From NCBI GenBank assembly GCA_036845085.1, contig DAIUEN010000005.1, forward strand, positions 1-26,134: DNA of 26,134 bases, given 5' to 3'. Source of the DNA: Candidatus Nanopusillus sp. (lineage in GTDB: Archaea; Nanobdellota; Nanobdellia; Nanobdellales; Nanobdellaceae). A program made the translations under genes and the position numbers. Shown here in pieces: positions 16,283 through 24,054 of the stretch. Within the stretch, counting starts at the first letter, position 1. Each line of letters opens with the position of its first letter. The notes below the pieces were generated by a model. It ran no database searches. It had not been told where the DNA came from and was given only the letters and a program-made list of their open reading frames with translations.

Positions 16283-17458
16283 CTATCTTACTAACAGATT
16301 ATATATTGGATTTTTACTTACATTATTTATATGAATAGTTACTGCATTTCTAAATTTATTTATAGTTTCTATACTTAAATTATACATATGCTCAGCTAAA
16401 GGATGTAGAGTTACTTTTATTTCTCCTGAACTATTTGCTTCTTCAATCTTAAATGGCAAATATACTATTTCTTTTCTCTTTTTACCACCTTCTTCTATCA
16501 ATACTTCAGTAGGCACAGCTACTATATATCCTTTTGGATTAGTTCCCGATCTTATCATGCGCTCTAATTCTTCTCTTTTAATTGAATGTTCATAAACATA
16601 TTTAATTGAATGGCACATACTTGTAATTTCACTTATTATTTTGTCTGATCCGTATAACTTATGAGCAACATCTTTCGGATGACTTCTTCGTTCCCAAAAA
16701 TAAATTTCCATTTCTTGTTGATTACTTGGAGAAAAATTGTAAGAAAGTCTGAATCCTACATTTCCATTAAAAGGTAATACATGATATTTTGGTGAGGGAC
16801 GTACTATTTCTACATTTGAATCATTTTTTAAATGTTCTAAAATTTTTTCAAGTCTATACATTATAAAAGCTGCTAAATATTTTGGTACAATTTCCTGTAT
16901 ATATATAGTTATCTCCTTTCCTTTGTCTTCATCCTTATTAGTATAACTAATTGGATTATCAAATGAAGCAAATTTTGCTGCTATAGGATATCCTAATGCA
17001 TTAAGGAATATAACAATATCTAATATATTCTTGTATACTTGGGTTACTATTTCTTTACCATATTCGGTTTTAGGTATGATTCCTACATGTATTTTTATTC
17101 CTCTTAAAAGGTCTTTGTTCTTCGACCTAACGTCCCTTAACATAATGCTAGGAACTATTGGTATCCATGGATAATGATTTTTAACGCTTTCTGGTAATTT
17201 ATTCCTTTCCTCTTCAAAGAACTCTATTGAATCTATATATAATTTAGATCCGTCCAATGAATAGTTAATTTTTTTCGAAAGTTTGTCTAGTCTTTCTATG
17301 CCTATACTAATTACTTTTTCAATATGCTCAGGTTTTTCAATAGGTATTCCTGCTACAAATAATGCTCTCTCAATTATTTTATCTAATGTATTTCTATTTA
17401 CTGGTGTTCTTCCGAAAGCTTTATTATTTATTCCTTTCGATGATGTTCTTGGATCCAT
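16283..17458 (-). CDS. Hypothetical soluble protein (391 aa), no recognised family
   Basis: Long ORF with mixed alpha/beta composition. No P-loop, HTH, metal-binding or TM signature that I can identify. Preceded by an unusually long 447-nt spacer. Confidence 0.6.
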   Translation of the reverse strand: MDPRTSSKGINNKAFGRTPVNRNTLDKIIERALFVAGIPIEKPEHIEKVISIGIERLDKLSKKINYSLDGSKLYIDSIEFFEEERNKLPESVKNHYPWIPIVPSIMLRDVRSKNKDLLRGIKIHVGIIPKTEYGKEIVTQVYKNILDIVIFLNALGYPIAAKFASFDNPISYTNKDEDKGKEITIYIQEIVPKYLAAFIMYRLEKILEHLKNDSNVEIVRPSPKYHVLPFNGNVGFRLSYNFSPSNQQEMEIYFWERRSHPKDVAHKLYGSDKIISEITSMCHSIKYVYEHSIKREELERMIRSGTNPKGYIVAVPTEVLIEEGGKKRKEIVYLPFKIEEANSSGEIKVTLHPLAEHMYNLSIETINKFRNAVTIHINNVSKNPIYNLLVR

Positions 17459-17725
17459 ATAGTAACATTAACAAAAAAGTTTATAAAACTTTCTATAAGA
17501 CTTTATAATGAAAAATTATATAAGTATAACATTCCATATTTTTGATTAATTTTAAATAGTTTTAATCTAGATTGATATTATTAATTTGATAGGTTTAATT
17601 AAAGTTATTAAATAAGGTTTAGAAAAGTTTAAAATATACAATTCTGAGATATAAGAAAAAAATAAAAATAAATTACAAATATATATTAACTGAAAATAAT
17701 GGTAAGAAAAATTTTGTTTTGTTTT

Positions 17726-17753
17726 CGTTATATGTTTACTTATATATATAACG
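17726..17753. repeat. 8-bp perfect inverted repeat cgttatat (12 nt) atataacg within the 447-nt AT-rich spacer
   Basis: Read directly from the sequence. It is the only C/G-anchored palindrome in this spacer. Confidence 0.3.
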
Positions 17754-17905
17754 ATAATTAATGATAAATAAAACTATTTTACAATTTTAAGTTTTTATTT
17801 TTGTTCAAAAATTATTTAGATACTTTATATTCGCTAAAAAAATGACAAAATTAAAATCAATTTTGTAAAATATAATTTATTAGCTTTTATTTTTATAGTA
17901 TTTTT

Positions 17906-18175
17906 ATGAGAGCCTATAGAATAAAAATTTATGGAAAAGTTCAAGGTGTCGGATTTAGGAACTTTATCAAAAGAAATGCAGAGATATTAAATGTAAAAGG
18001 ATGGGTAAAAAATTGTCCAGATGGAACAGTTGAAGCACATTTTGAAGGGGGAGAAGAAAATGTAAATAAACTAATAGAATTATGCAAAAGAGGCCCTATT
18101 AGAGCTGAAGTAAAGAAATTGGATATAGAAGAAACAAAATTAGAAGGATTTTCAGATTTTAAGATAATTTATTAA
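17906..18175 (+). CDS. acyP: Acylphosphatase
   Basis: 89 aa with the canonical IYGKVQGVGFRNF phosphate-binding loop and GWVKNCPDGTVEAHFEG. Confidence 0.92.
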   Translation: MRAYRIKIYGKVQGVGFRNFIKRNAEILNVKGWVKNCPDGTVEAHFEGGEENVNKLIELCKRGPIRAEVKKLDIEETKLEGFSDFKIIY

Positions 18176-18215
18176 ATAAAAATATATAATTAAATAATTT
18201 TTATTTGGCTAAAAA

Positions 18216-19016
18216 TTATTGAATAGAAACTATAGCCTTAATATTTTCTATTTTTATTTCTTTAGATAATATAGTCATTATTTCGTCTAATCTCTTATAT
18301 TCAAATTTATTAGCTTCAACATAAATTTTAATACTAGCGGTAGATTCTTCTTTTGCACTACTTTCTAATATAAACTCACCATTCATTGCTATTCTTGTGT
18401 TTTTTTCATAACATGCTTTAATTTTATTATTTTCATAACTTACTTCATAGCAAATACACTGTTTTCCTTTGCATGAGGATTCATATGTTTTTCCTTGATA
18501 TTTGGAAACTTCTGAATAAGATCTAAGTCCATCATCTGAAACTAACATCATTCCAATCCCACACATGAATATTGAACCATAATCTTTTTCATCACAAAAT
18601 ACGATGCCATTTTTAATAGTACAACTACCCAAATATTGCATCTCGTTAGAATAATTAGAATAGAGACATAAAATCTTATGGGCATCTTCATACTTTATTA
18701 TTAGGAAATATAGATTATCTGGTAATTCTGAATAAAGATTACCAAAAAGGGTACTAAAATTGCCATATGTTTGTATATAATTATAAGTACCAGATCCATG
18801 AGTATTATCAACTTTCATATCGACTTTCATAGATCCTTCTACTAACACATAGCTATTTTTCATGGCAGCGCTACCTAGTTTATAACCTTTTTTTATAATC
18901 TCTATGCCAGGTATTTTAATAATTTCTTCCTTAACTAAGAAATACAAAGTAGCCATTCCTACCACTACAAATACTAAAAATAAAATTATTGGAATTATTG
19001 CTTTCTTATGTGCCAT
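18216..19016 (-). CDS. Signal-anchored, cysteine-rich extracytoplasmic protein (266 aa)
   Basis: N-terminal anchor AIIPIILFLVFVVVGMATLYFLV. Beta-rich body with about 10 cysteines, including a C-x-C (KGKQCICYEV). No recognised family. Confidence 0.55.
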   Translation of the reverse strand: MAHKKAIIPIILFLVFVVVGMATLYFLVKEEIIKIPGIEIIKKGYKLGSAAMKNSYVLVEGSMKVDMKVDNTHGSGTYNYIQTYGNFSTLFGNLYSELPDNLYFLIIKYEDAHKILCLYSNYSNEMQYLGSCTIKNGIVFCDEKDYGSIFMCGIGMMLVSDDGLRSYSEVSKYQGKTYESSCKGKQCICYEVSYENNKIKACYEKNTRIAMNGEFILESSAKEESTASIKIYVEANKFEYKRLDEIMTILSKEIKIENIKAIVSIQ

Positions 19017-19051
19017 AATTTATATTAAGTTTTTTATAATATAAATTTTTG

Positions 19052-19933
19052 TTATAATTCTAGTACATAGCCAGGTATTCTTGGAAATGGTTGAACATCT
19101 GCAATATGTTTTCTTTTTGTAATCCACCTTAATAACCTCTCAATTCCTATGCCACCTCCTGCAGAAGGTATTAATTTTCCTTCTTTAGCTAAATCTAGAA
19201 GATATTTAAATCTTTCTACATTAATTCCATCTCTTTTCATCTTATATAATATTTTTTCATACTCCCATTCTCTTTCAGACCCAGATAAAACTTCTCCAAA
19301 TCCATCTGGTAATATTAGGTCATAATTTTTCCACTCTCCAGTTTTTAATTCTTCATAGTCATAGAATTGTCTTGGTATATTTGTAACCCAAAATGGTTCT
19401 TTATGATCTAAAGAAGCTTTTTCTTCCCAATCTTTTCCATAAATCTCTTCAAGTTTTTCTCTTTTATATACTTTAAATGGTTTTTCGGGAATTTTGATAT
19501 CTACATTCAATATCTTTAATTCTTCTTTATAGTTGTATTTTATAAATTCCAATGTTTCTATTATTATATCTTCTACTAATCTAAAAACATCTTTCATTTT
19601 TCCATTTGAAATTTCAAAATCTAGTTGAGTAAATTCATAAGAATGTTTTCCTGTTGATGCTCTTTCTTTTCTTTCTATTCTTATATTTGGAGATAGTATA
19701 AATATTCTTTCATAACCTGCAGCCATTAAAATTTGTTTATGTACTATCATGCTTTGCATAGTCCTAACAGTTTCTCCATATATTTCTATCTCTATTCTTT
19801 TTTCTATACTATAATTTGGATCTGGCCATAAAGGATCTGTAATTTTACTCAATATTACTGGTAGTATCCAATAGAACCCTCTATCTACAAATTCTTGCGT
19901 TAATTTTCTTAAAACACCAGTTCCTATTTTCAA
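19052..19933 (-). CDS. asnA: AsnRS-like (class II aaRS catalytic core) archaeal-type asparagine synthetase A; N-terminus uncertain
   Basis: No anticodon-binding domain. Class II core motifs ILSPNIRIERKE, HSYEFTQLDFE, YDLILPDGFGEVLSGSEREWEYEKI, and PSAGGGIGIERLLRWI...ADVQPFPR. The track start is TTG. The frame is open for 20 more codons upstream, with an ATG one frame away. Confidence 0.85.
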   Translation of the reverse strand: MKIGTGVLRKLTQEFVDRGFYWILPVILSKITDPLWPDPNYSIEKRIEIEIYGETVRTMQSMIVHKQILMAAGYERIFILSPNIRIERKERASTGKHSYEFTQLDFEISNGKMKDVFRLVEDIIIETLEFIKYNYKEELKILNVDIKIPEKPFKVYKREKLEEIYGKDWEEKASLDHKEPFWVTNIPRQFYDYEELKTGEWKNYDLILPDGFGEVLSGSEREWEYEKILYKMKRDGINVERFKYLLDLAKEGKLIPSAGGGIGIERLLRWITKRKHIADVQPFPRIPGYVLEL

Positions 19934-20069
19934 TACTGCTCTTTTTTCTTCTTTACTTAAAGACTCTAATATTCCGGTCCTCCATGAGGTATATTAATAA
20001 CTATTGCTAAAATAAATTTTTCTAAAAATATTTGAAAAGTTTTTTAAAAATTTTATAAAATGTTTATAA

Positions 20070-20519
20070 ATGATTGAAAATTTTTCAAAAATTGATGAAA
20101 TAGATAAAAAAATTTTAGATATTTTAAAGGAGAACAGTAAAGAAAAAATAATAAATATATCTAAAAAGTTGGGACTTCCAATGTCTACGATATATAATAG
20201 AATAAAAAGAATGGAGGAAGAAAAAATAATAGAAAAATATACATTATTGATAAACTACAAAAAATTGGGGTTCTACATAAAATCATTAATCTTTATTAAA
20301 TATGATCCAAATTCTAATATCTCTCAAAAAGAATTATTACAGAATTTATTAAAGTCCAATAATATAGAAAAAGGATATATCATAACTGGAGAATGGGATA
20401 TATTAATAATTGCTAGATTTAGAAATATAGATGAAATGTCTAGTTTTATATTAGATAGACTAAGGAATTTTAAAGGGATAAAAGAAACTTATACAATGGT
20501 TATATTAGAAGAATCTTAA
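20070..20519 (+). CDS. Lrp/AsnC-family transcriptional regulator
   Basis: 149 aa. N-terminal HTH (DEIDKKILDILKENSKEKIINISKKLGLPMSTIYNRIKRMEEEKIIEKY) plus a C-terminal RAM/ACT-like domain (...ITGEWDILIIARFRNIDEMSSFI...). Confidence 0.9.
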   Translation: MIENFSKIDEIDKKILDILKENSKEKIINISKKLGLPMSTIYNRIKRMEEEKIIEKYTLLINYKKLGFYIKSLIFIKYDPNSNISQKELLQNLLKSNNIEKGYIITGEWDILIIARFRNIDEMSSFILDRLRNFKGIKETYTMVILEES

Positions 20520-21376
20520 TTTATAGTTATATTTTCTACTAGATAAATTTTATCTGGTTTTCCATCTCCATCTAAGTCTTTTCCTTGTACAATTATATAA
20601 AAGTCTTTATTAATATCTAATTCGTTTTCTATAAAGTAATTTATGGCTATTTTTGTTCCTATTGCTCTTTTTCCAGCAAATAATAATATTTTTTTATCGG
20701 GAGACCATGGATTAGTTACTTTTGCTATAATACTAACAGTTTCATCTGAATATCTTTTATCTGAAAATTCAGAATATATATCCCAGTTATATTCTTGTAA
20801 GAATCTTACTTTAAGACTGGTATTTAATTTATAGGTTACTATATTTGTTACAGGTCCTCCAATTATTACAAGGTTTTCGTCAAATAGTTTTTCATTTATA
20901 ATATCTGTATCTAGTCTAATAAAGTTAGAATATTTACTCTTATCAAAAAATTTTCCCAAATATGACATTAAAAAACCTACATAGTGAGAATCCCTTGATC
21001 TTGCAGAAAATGGACCATGAGGGTCCGGAGAACCAACTACAATTATTGAATTTAACATGTTGTCTACAATAAATGGTTGAAGATCTTTTTTTGTATTTAT
21101 TTCTAAGTAGAAATCTGGAGTATCATCTATTATAATGTAATAAGCTTTTTTTGATTTATATATAGTTTTTTTATTTATATAATGCTTTTCTAAAAAATTT
21201 TTTAGTTTTTTATTTAAATAATAATTTAATAACTGGTCTGAAATGGATAATTCTCTTTTTATTTCTGAAAAGGTCTTTCCATTTGTACATATTTTTAATA
21301 TTTTCTTTTCTATTTCATTTAGTATCGATATTTCTTTAGTAAAGTATCCTTTGTTATCCTTTAATACAGCTTCCAT
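20516..21376 (-). CDS. Winged-HTH protein with an uncharacterised C-terminal alpha/beta domain
   Basis: N-terminal HTH-like region EKKILKICTNGKTFSEIKRELSISDQLLNYYLNK. The C-terminal ~190 aa contain IIVVGSPDPHGPF and LVIIGGPVTNIVTY, which are reminiscent of archaeal surface-layer-associated domains (tentative). Its stop codon overlaps the lrp stop (TTAA, 20516-20519). Confidence 0.6.
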   Translation of the reverse strand: MEAVLKDNKGYFTKEISILNEIEKKILKICTNGKTFSEIKRELSISDQLLNYYLNKKLKNFLEKHYINKKTIYKSKKAYYIIIDDTPDFYLEINTKKDLQPFIVDNMLNSIIVVGSPDPHGPFSARSRDSHYVGFLMSYLGKFFDKSKYSNFIRLDTDIINEKLFDENLVIIGGPVTNIVTYKLNTSLKVRFLQEYNWDIYSEFSDKRYSDETVSIIAKVTNPWSPDKKILLFAGKRAIGTKIAINYFIENELDINKDFYIIVQGKDLDGDGKPDKIYLVENITIN

Positions 21377-21481
21377 AAAATATTTATTTTAGTATATACT
21401 TAAAAATATATTTTAAATAGGTCAAATTCTAAAATATATTGTTGAGAAATACTAAAATAAAACTTTGAATAATACTTTATT

Positions 21482-22138
21482 ATGTGTGGAATATTGGGTA
21501 TAATATCTAAGAATAGTTTCAAACTAGAAGAAGGATTAAGAAGGTTAAAAAGATTAGAATATAGAGGATATGATTCAGTTGGTTTTTTAACTAATAATGG
21601 TATTATAATAAAGAAAGTAGGAGACATTGATAATATTATAAAATATATTGATAAAGAAGACTTAAAAAAAGAAATAAATATATTCATAGGACATACAAGG
21701 TGGGCCACACATGGAAAAGTTAATGATATTAATGCTCATCCTCATTTTGATTGTAGAAAAGAAATTTATGTAATACATAATGGAACTATTGAAAATTATA
21801 AAGAATTAAAAGATTATTTAATAAGAAGAGGTCATATATTTATATCTGAAACAGATTCTGAAATATTTGCCCATTGGATAGAAGATGGATTAAGTAATGG
21901 TAAAAATATCAAAGATATTGTAAAAGAAATATTCGAAAAATTCAAGGGTACATATGCAGTTTTAGTTTATATAAAAAATAAAAATAAACTATTAGTAATA
22001 AAAAATAAGAGTGCTTTAGTACTAGGATTAAAAGACGATAAAATATATATAGCATCAGATGTATATGCTTTTTTAGATGATACACAAGATGTAATAGTAT
22101 TGGATGATTATGAATGGTTGGAAATAGATATAAAGTAA
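21482..22138 (+). CDS. glmS: Glutamine--fructose-6-phosphate aminotransferase, N-terminal class-II glutaminase domain (separate ORF)
   Basis: MCGILGI (Cys after the initiator Met), RGYDSVG, IGHTRWATHG, HNGTIENY, SETDSE. Ends with TAA at 22136-22138. Confidence 0.9.
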   Translation: MCGILGIISKNSFKLEEGLRRLKRLEYRGYDSVGFLTNNGIIIKKVGDIDNIIKYIDKEDLKKEINIFIGHTRWATHGKVNDINAHPHFDCRKEIYVIHNGTIENYKELKDYLIRRGHIFISETDSEIFAHWIEDGLSNGKNIKDIVKEIFEKFKGTYAVLVYIKNKNKLLVIKNKSALVLGLKDDKIYIASDVYAFLDDTQDVIVLDDYEWLEIDIK

Positions 22139-22140
22139 AA

Positions 22141-23214
22141 ATGATGATAAAGATCTATAATAAAGAAGGAAAAGAAATTAAAAAAGATATAAAGAAACTA
22201 AAATGGATAAATTTTGAAGTAGATAAAGAATTTGAACATTTTATGATAAAAGAAATTTATGAACAACCAATAGTTTCTAAAATATTAATTGATTCTTTAG
22301 ATACCGAACAAAACGATGTTGTTGATAAATTTATAAGTATAATAAATGAATCTGAAAAAATATTATTTATTGCTGCAGGATCTTCATATAATTCCTCTTT
22401 GATAGGTTCGCATTTATTAAGAAGACTAGGATATGAAGCATATTCTATTTTAGCATCAGAATATAAAGAAGATTTATATGATAAAGATACTTTAGTTATT
22501 GCTGTATCACAATCTGGAGAAACAATGGATGTCATTTTAGCTCTAAAAGAAATAAAAAGTAAAGTTAAAAATGTGTTATCTATAGTAAATGTTCCATATT
22601 CTACAATACAAAGACTATCTGATTTATCTATAGAAATAAAAGCAGGTCCTGAAAAAAGTGTAGCTGCTACAAAAACATATACCAATCAAGTAATAACTTT
22701 CTTCTATATTGCAAAAAAACTAGGAATGGATATAAATATAAGCAAAATCCCAAAAGATATTAAAGGAATTATTGAAAATAATGAAGAAAAAATAAAGATA
22801 ATAGCTAAAAAACTTAAAGATATAAAAGATATTTATATATTAGGAAGAGGAATTAATTATTACTCAGCTCAAGAAATTGCTCTTAAGTTAAAAGAAATAT
22901 CTTATATACATGCCGAAGCCTTACCAGCTGGAGAACTAAAGCATGGAACACTAGCTTTAGTAGAACCAGAAACTAATATTATAGCTTTAAATCCTTTTTG
23001 GGATAAAGAAATTAAAATAAATATAGAAGAAGTTTTAGCTAGAGGAGGAAAGGTTATTGATATTCCTGGAGAATTTGATGTACCATCAGAATATCCAAAT
23101 TTCTCTCTATATAGTGTTATAATAGGACAAATGTTAACATATTATATAGCAAAAGAGAAAAAATTACCGATAGATAAACCTAGAAACCTAGCAAAGAGCG
23201 TAACGGTAATATAA
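22141..23214 (+). CDS. glmS: Glutamine--fructose-6-phosphate aminotransferase, C-terminal tandem-SIS isomerase domain (separate ORF)
   Basis: HFMIKEIYEQP, AAGSSYNSS, VSQSGETMDV, LKLKEISYIHAEALPAGELKHGTLALV, and the C-terminal PRNLAKSVTVI. I prefer ATG 22141 (2 nt after the upstream stop) over the track's 22114 start, which overlaps the N-terminal ORF. Confidence 0.9.
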   Translation: MMIKIYNKEGKEIKKDIKKLKWINFEVDKEFEHFMIKEIYEQPIVSKILIDSLDTEQNDVVDKFISIINESEKILFIAAGSSYNSSLIGSHLLRRLGYEAYSILASEYKEDLYDKDTLVIAVSQSGETMDVILALKEIKSKVKNVLSIVNVPYSTIQRLSDLSIEIKAGPEKSVAATKTYTNQVITFFYIAKKLGMDINISKIPKDIKGIIENNEEKIKIIAKKLKDIKDIYILGRGINYYSAQEIALKLKEISYIHAEALPAGELKHGTLALVEPETNIIALNPFWDKEIKINIEEVLARGGKVIDIPGEFDVPSEYPNFSLYSVIIGQMLTYYIAKEKKLPIDKPRNLAKSVTVI

Positions 23215-23230
23215 AAAACGTATATATTTT

Positions 23231-24022
23231 TTATCTACTGTATAGTTTTATGTATAATGATACTTCTTCCCTTAGGCTAGGATGTTCCTTAAAGTACATG
23301 CCAACAATCTCTCCGATATTTTTTCCATGTTCATAAATTTCTTTAAAAAATTTATTTTCTTTTTTTATTATCTCTAAAGTGTTACTAAGCATTTTGTCAA
23401 AATCGTCTCTTTCCAAATCAGTTAAAAGTTTTTTTATATTATTAATATACTCTTTCATATTCTGGACGTAATATAATTCTTTTAAGTACTTTATTCTTTT
23501 TGGGTCTGTATATTTAGATATTCCGTCTATTAATCCATTATAAAAGGATATGAAACAAAATTCTATAATTTTAGCTATATTTATATTTTTATTTATATTA
23601 TTTCTATTTCTCGTCATTTTTATTATGTATTCAGAAGCTCTTTTTCCATAAGCATAAGGTAATAAATGAAAATCTATGCGTTCTTCCAATATTTTTTGTA
23701 ACAATATTAATAATGAAAATTGTATATATTTTATAGTACGGTTATTATAATCTTCATTTTTTATATTTTCTGAAAGATCTAAAATTATTTCTTCTTTACT
23801 ATTTTTCATAATATCCATATTTATATAATATGAAAATTCTAGCTTTTTTAATGTTATATAATCTAATAAATAATAAAACGATAGTTCTTTATCTATTTTC
23901 ACCCTTCTGCGAATTTCTTCTTTCATTCTCTTATTTATTAGCCCATCTTTAAAAGTCAGTAATATAACTAATATTAAGTACTTTTCAAATTTATCATATA
24001 ATATTTTATCTAGATTGTCCAT
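23231..24022 (-). CDS. Hypothetical all-helical protein (263 aa)
   Basis: Clean ORF, K/E/I/N-rich helical composition, no recognised motif. It is the last gene of a three-gene same-strand cluster with 32-nt spacers. Confidence 0.5.
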   Translation of the reverse strand: MDNLDKILYDKFEKYLILVILLTFKDGLINKRMKEEIRRRVKIDKELSFYYLLDYITLKKLEFSYYINMDIMKNSKEEIILDLSENIKNEDYNNRTIKYIQFSLLILLQKILEERIDFHLLPYAYGKRASEYIIKMTRNRNNINKNINIAKIIEFCFISFYNGLIDGISKYTDPKRIKYLKELYYVQNMKEYINNIKKLLTDLERDDFDKMLSNTLEIIKKENKFFKEIYEHGKNIGEIVGMYFKEHPSLREEVSLYIKLYSR

Positions 24023-24054
24023 AGAATAATTTTTAACCTTATAATTTTTAATAC

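Noticed and set aside
17459-17905. Replication origin in the long AT-rich spacer
   Set aside because: No adjacent orc1/cdc6 gene and no recognisable repeated ORB-type boxes. AT-richness alone is uninformative in this genome. It is kept only as a low-priority alternative in the findings.
22114-22140. Track start of the glmS C-terminal ORF at ATG 22114 (MVGNRYKVK...)
   Set aside because: These 9 codons overlap the end of the glutaminase ORF in another frame and have no counterpart in GlmS. ATG 22141, right after the upstream stop, is the more plausible start.
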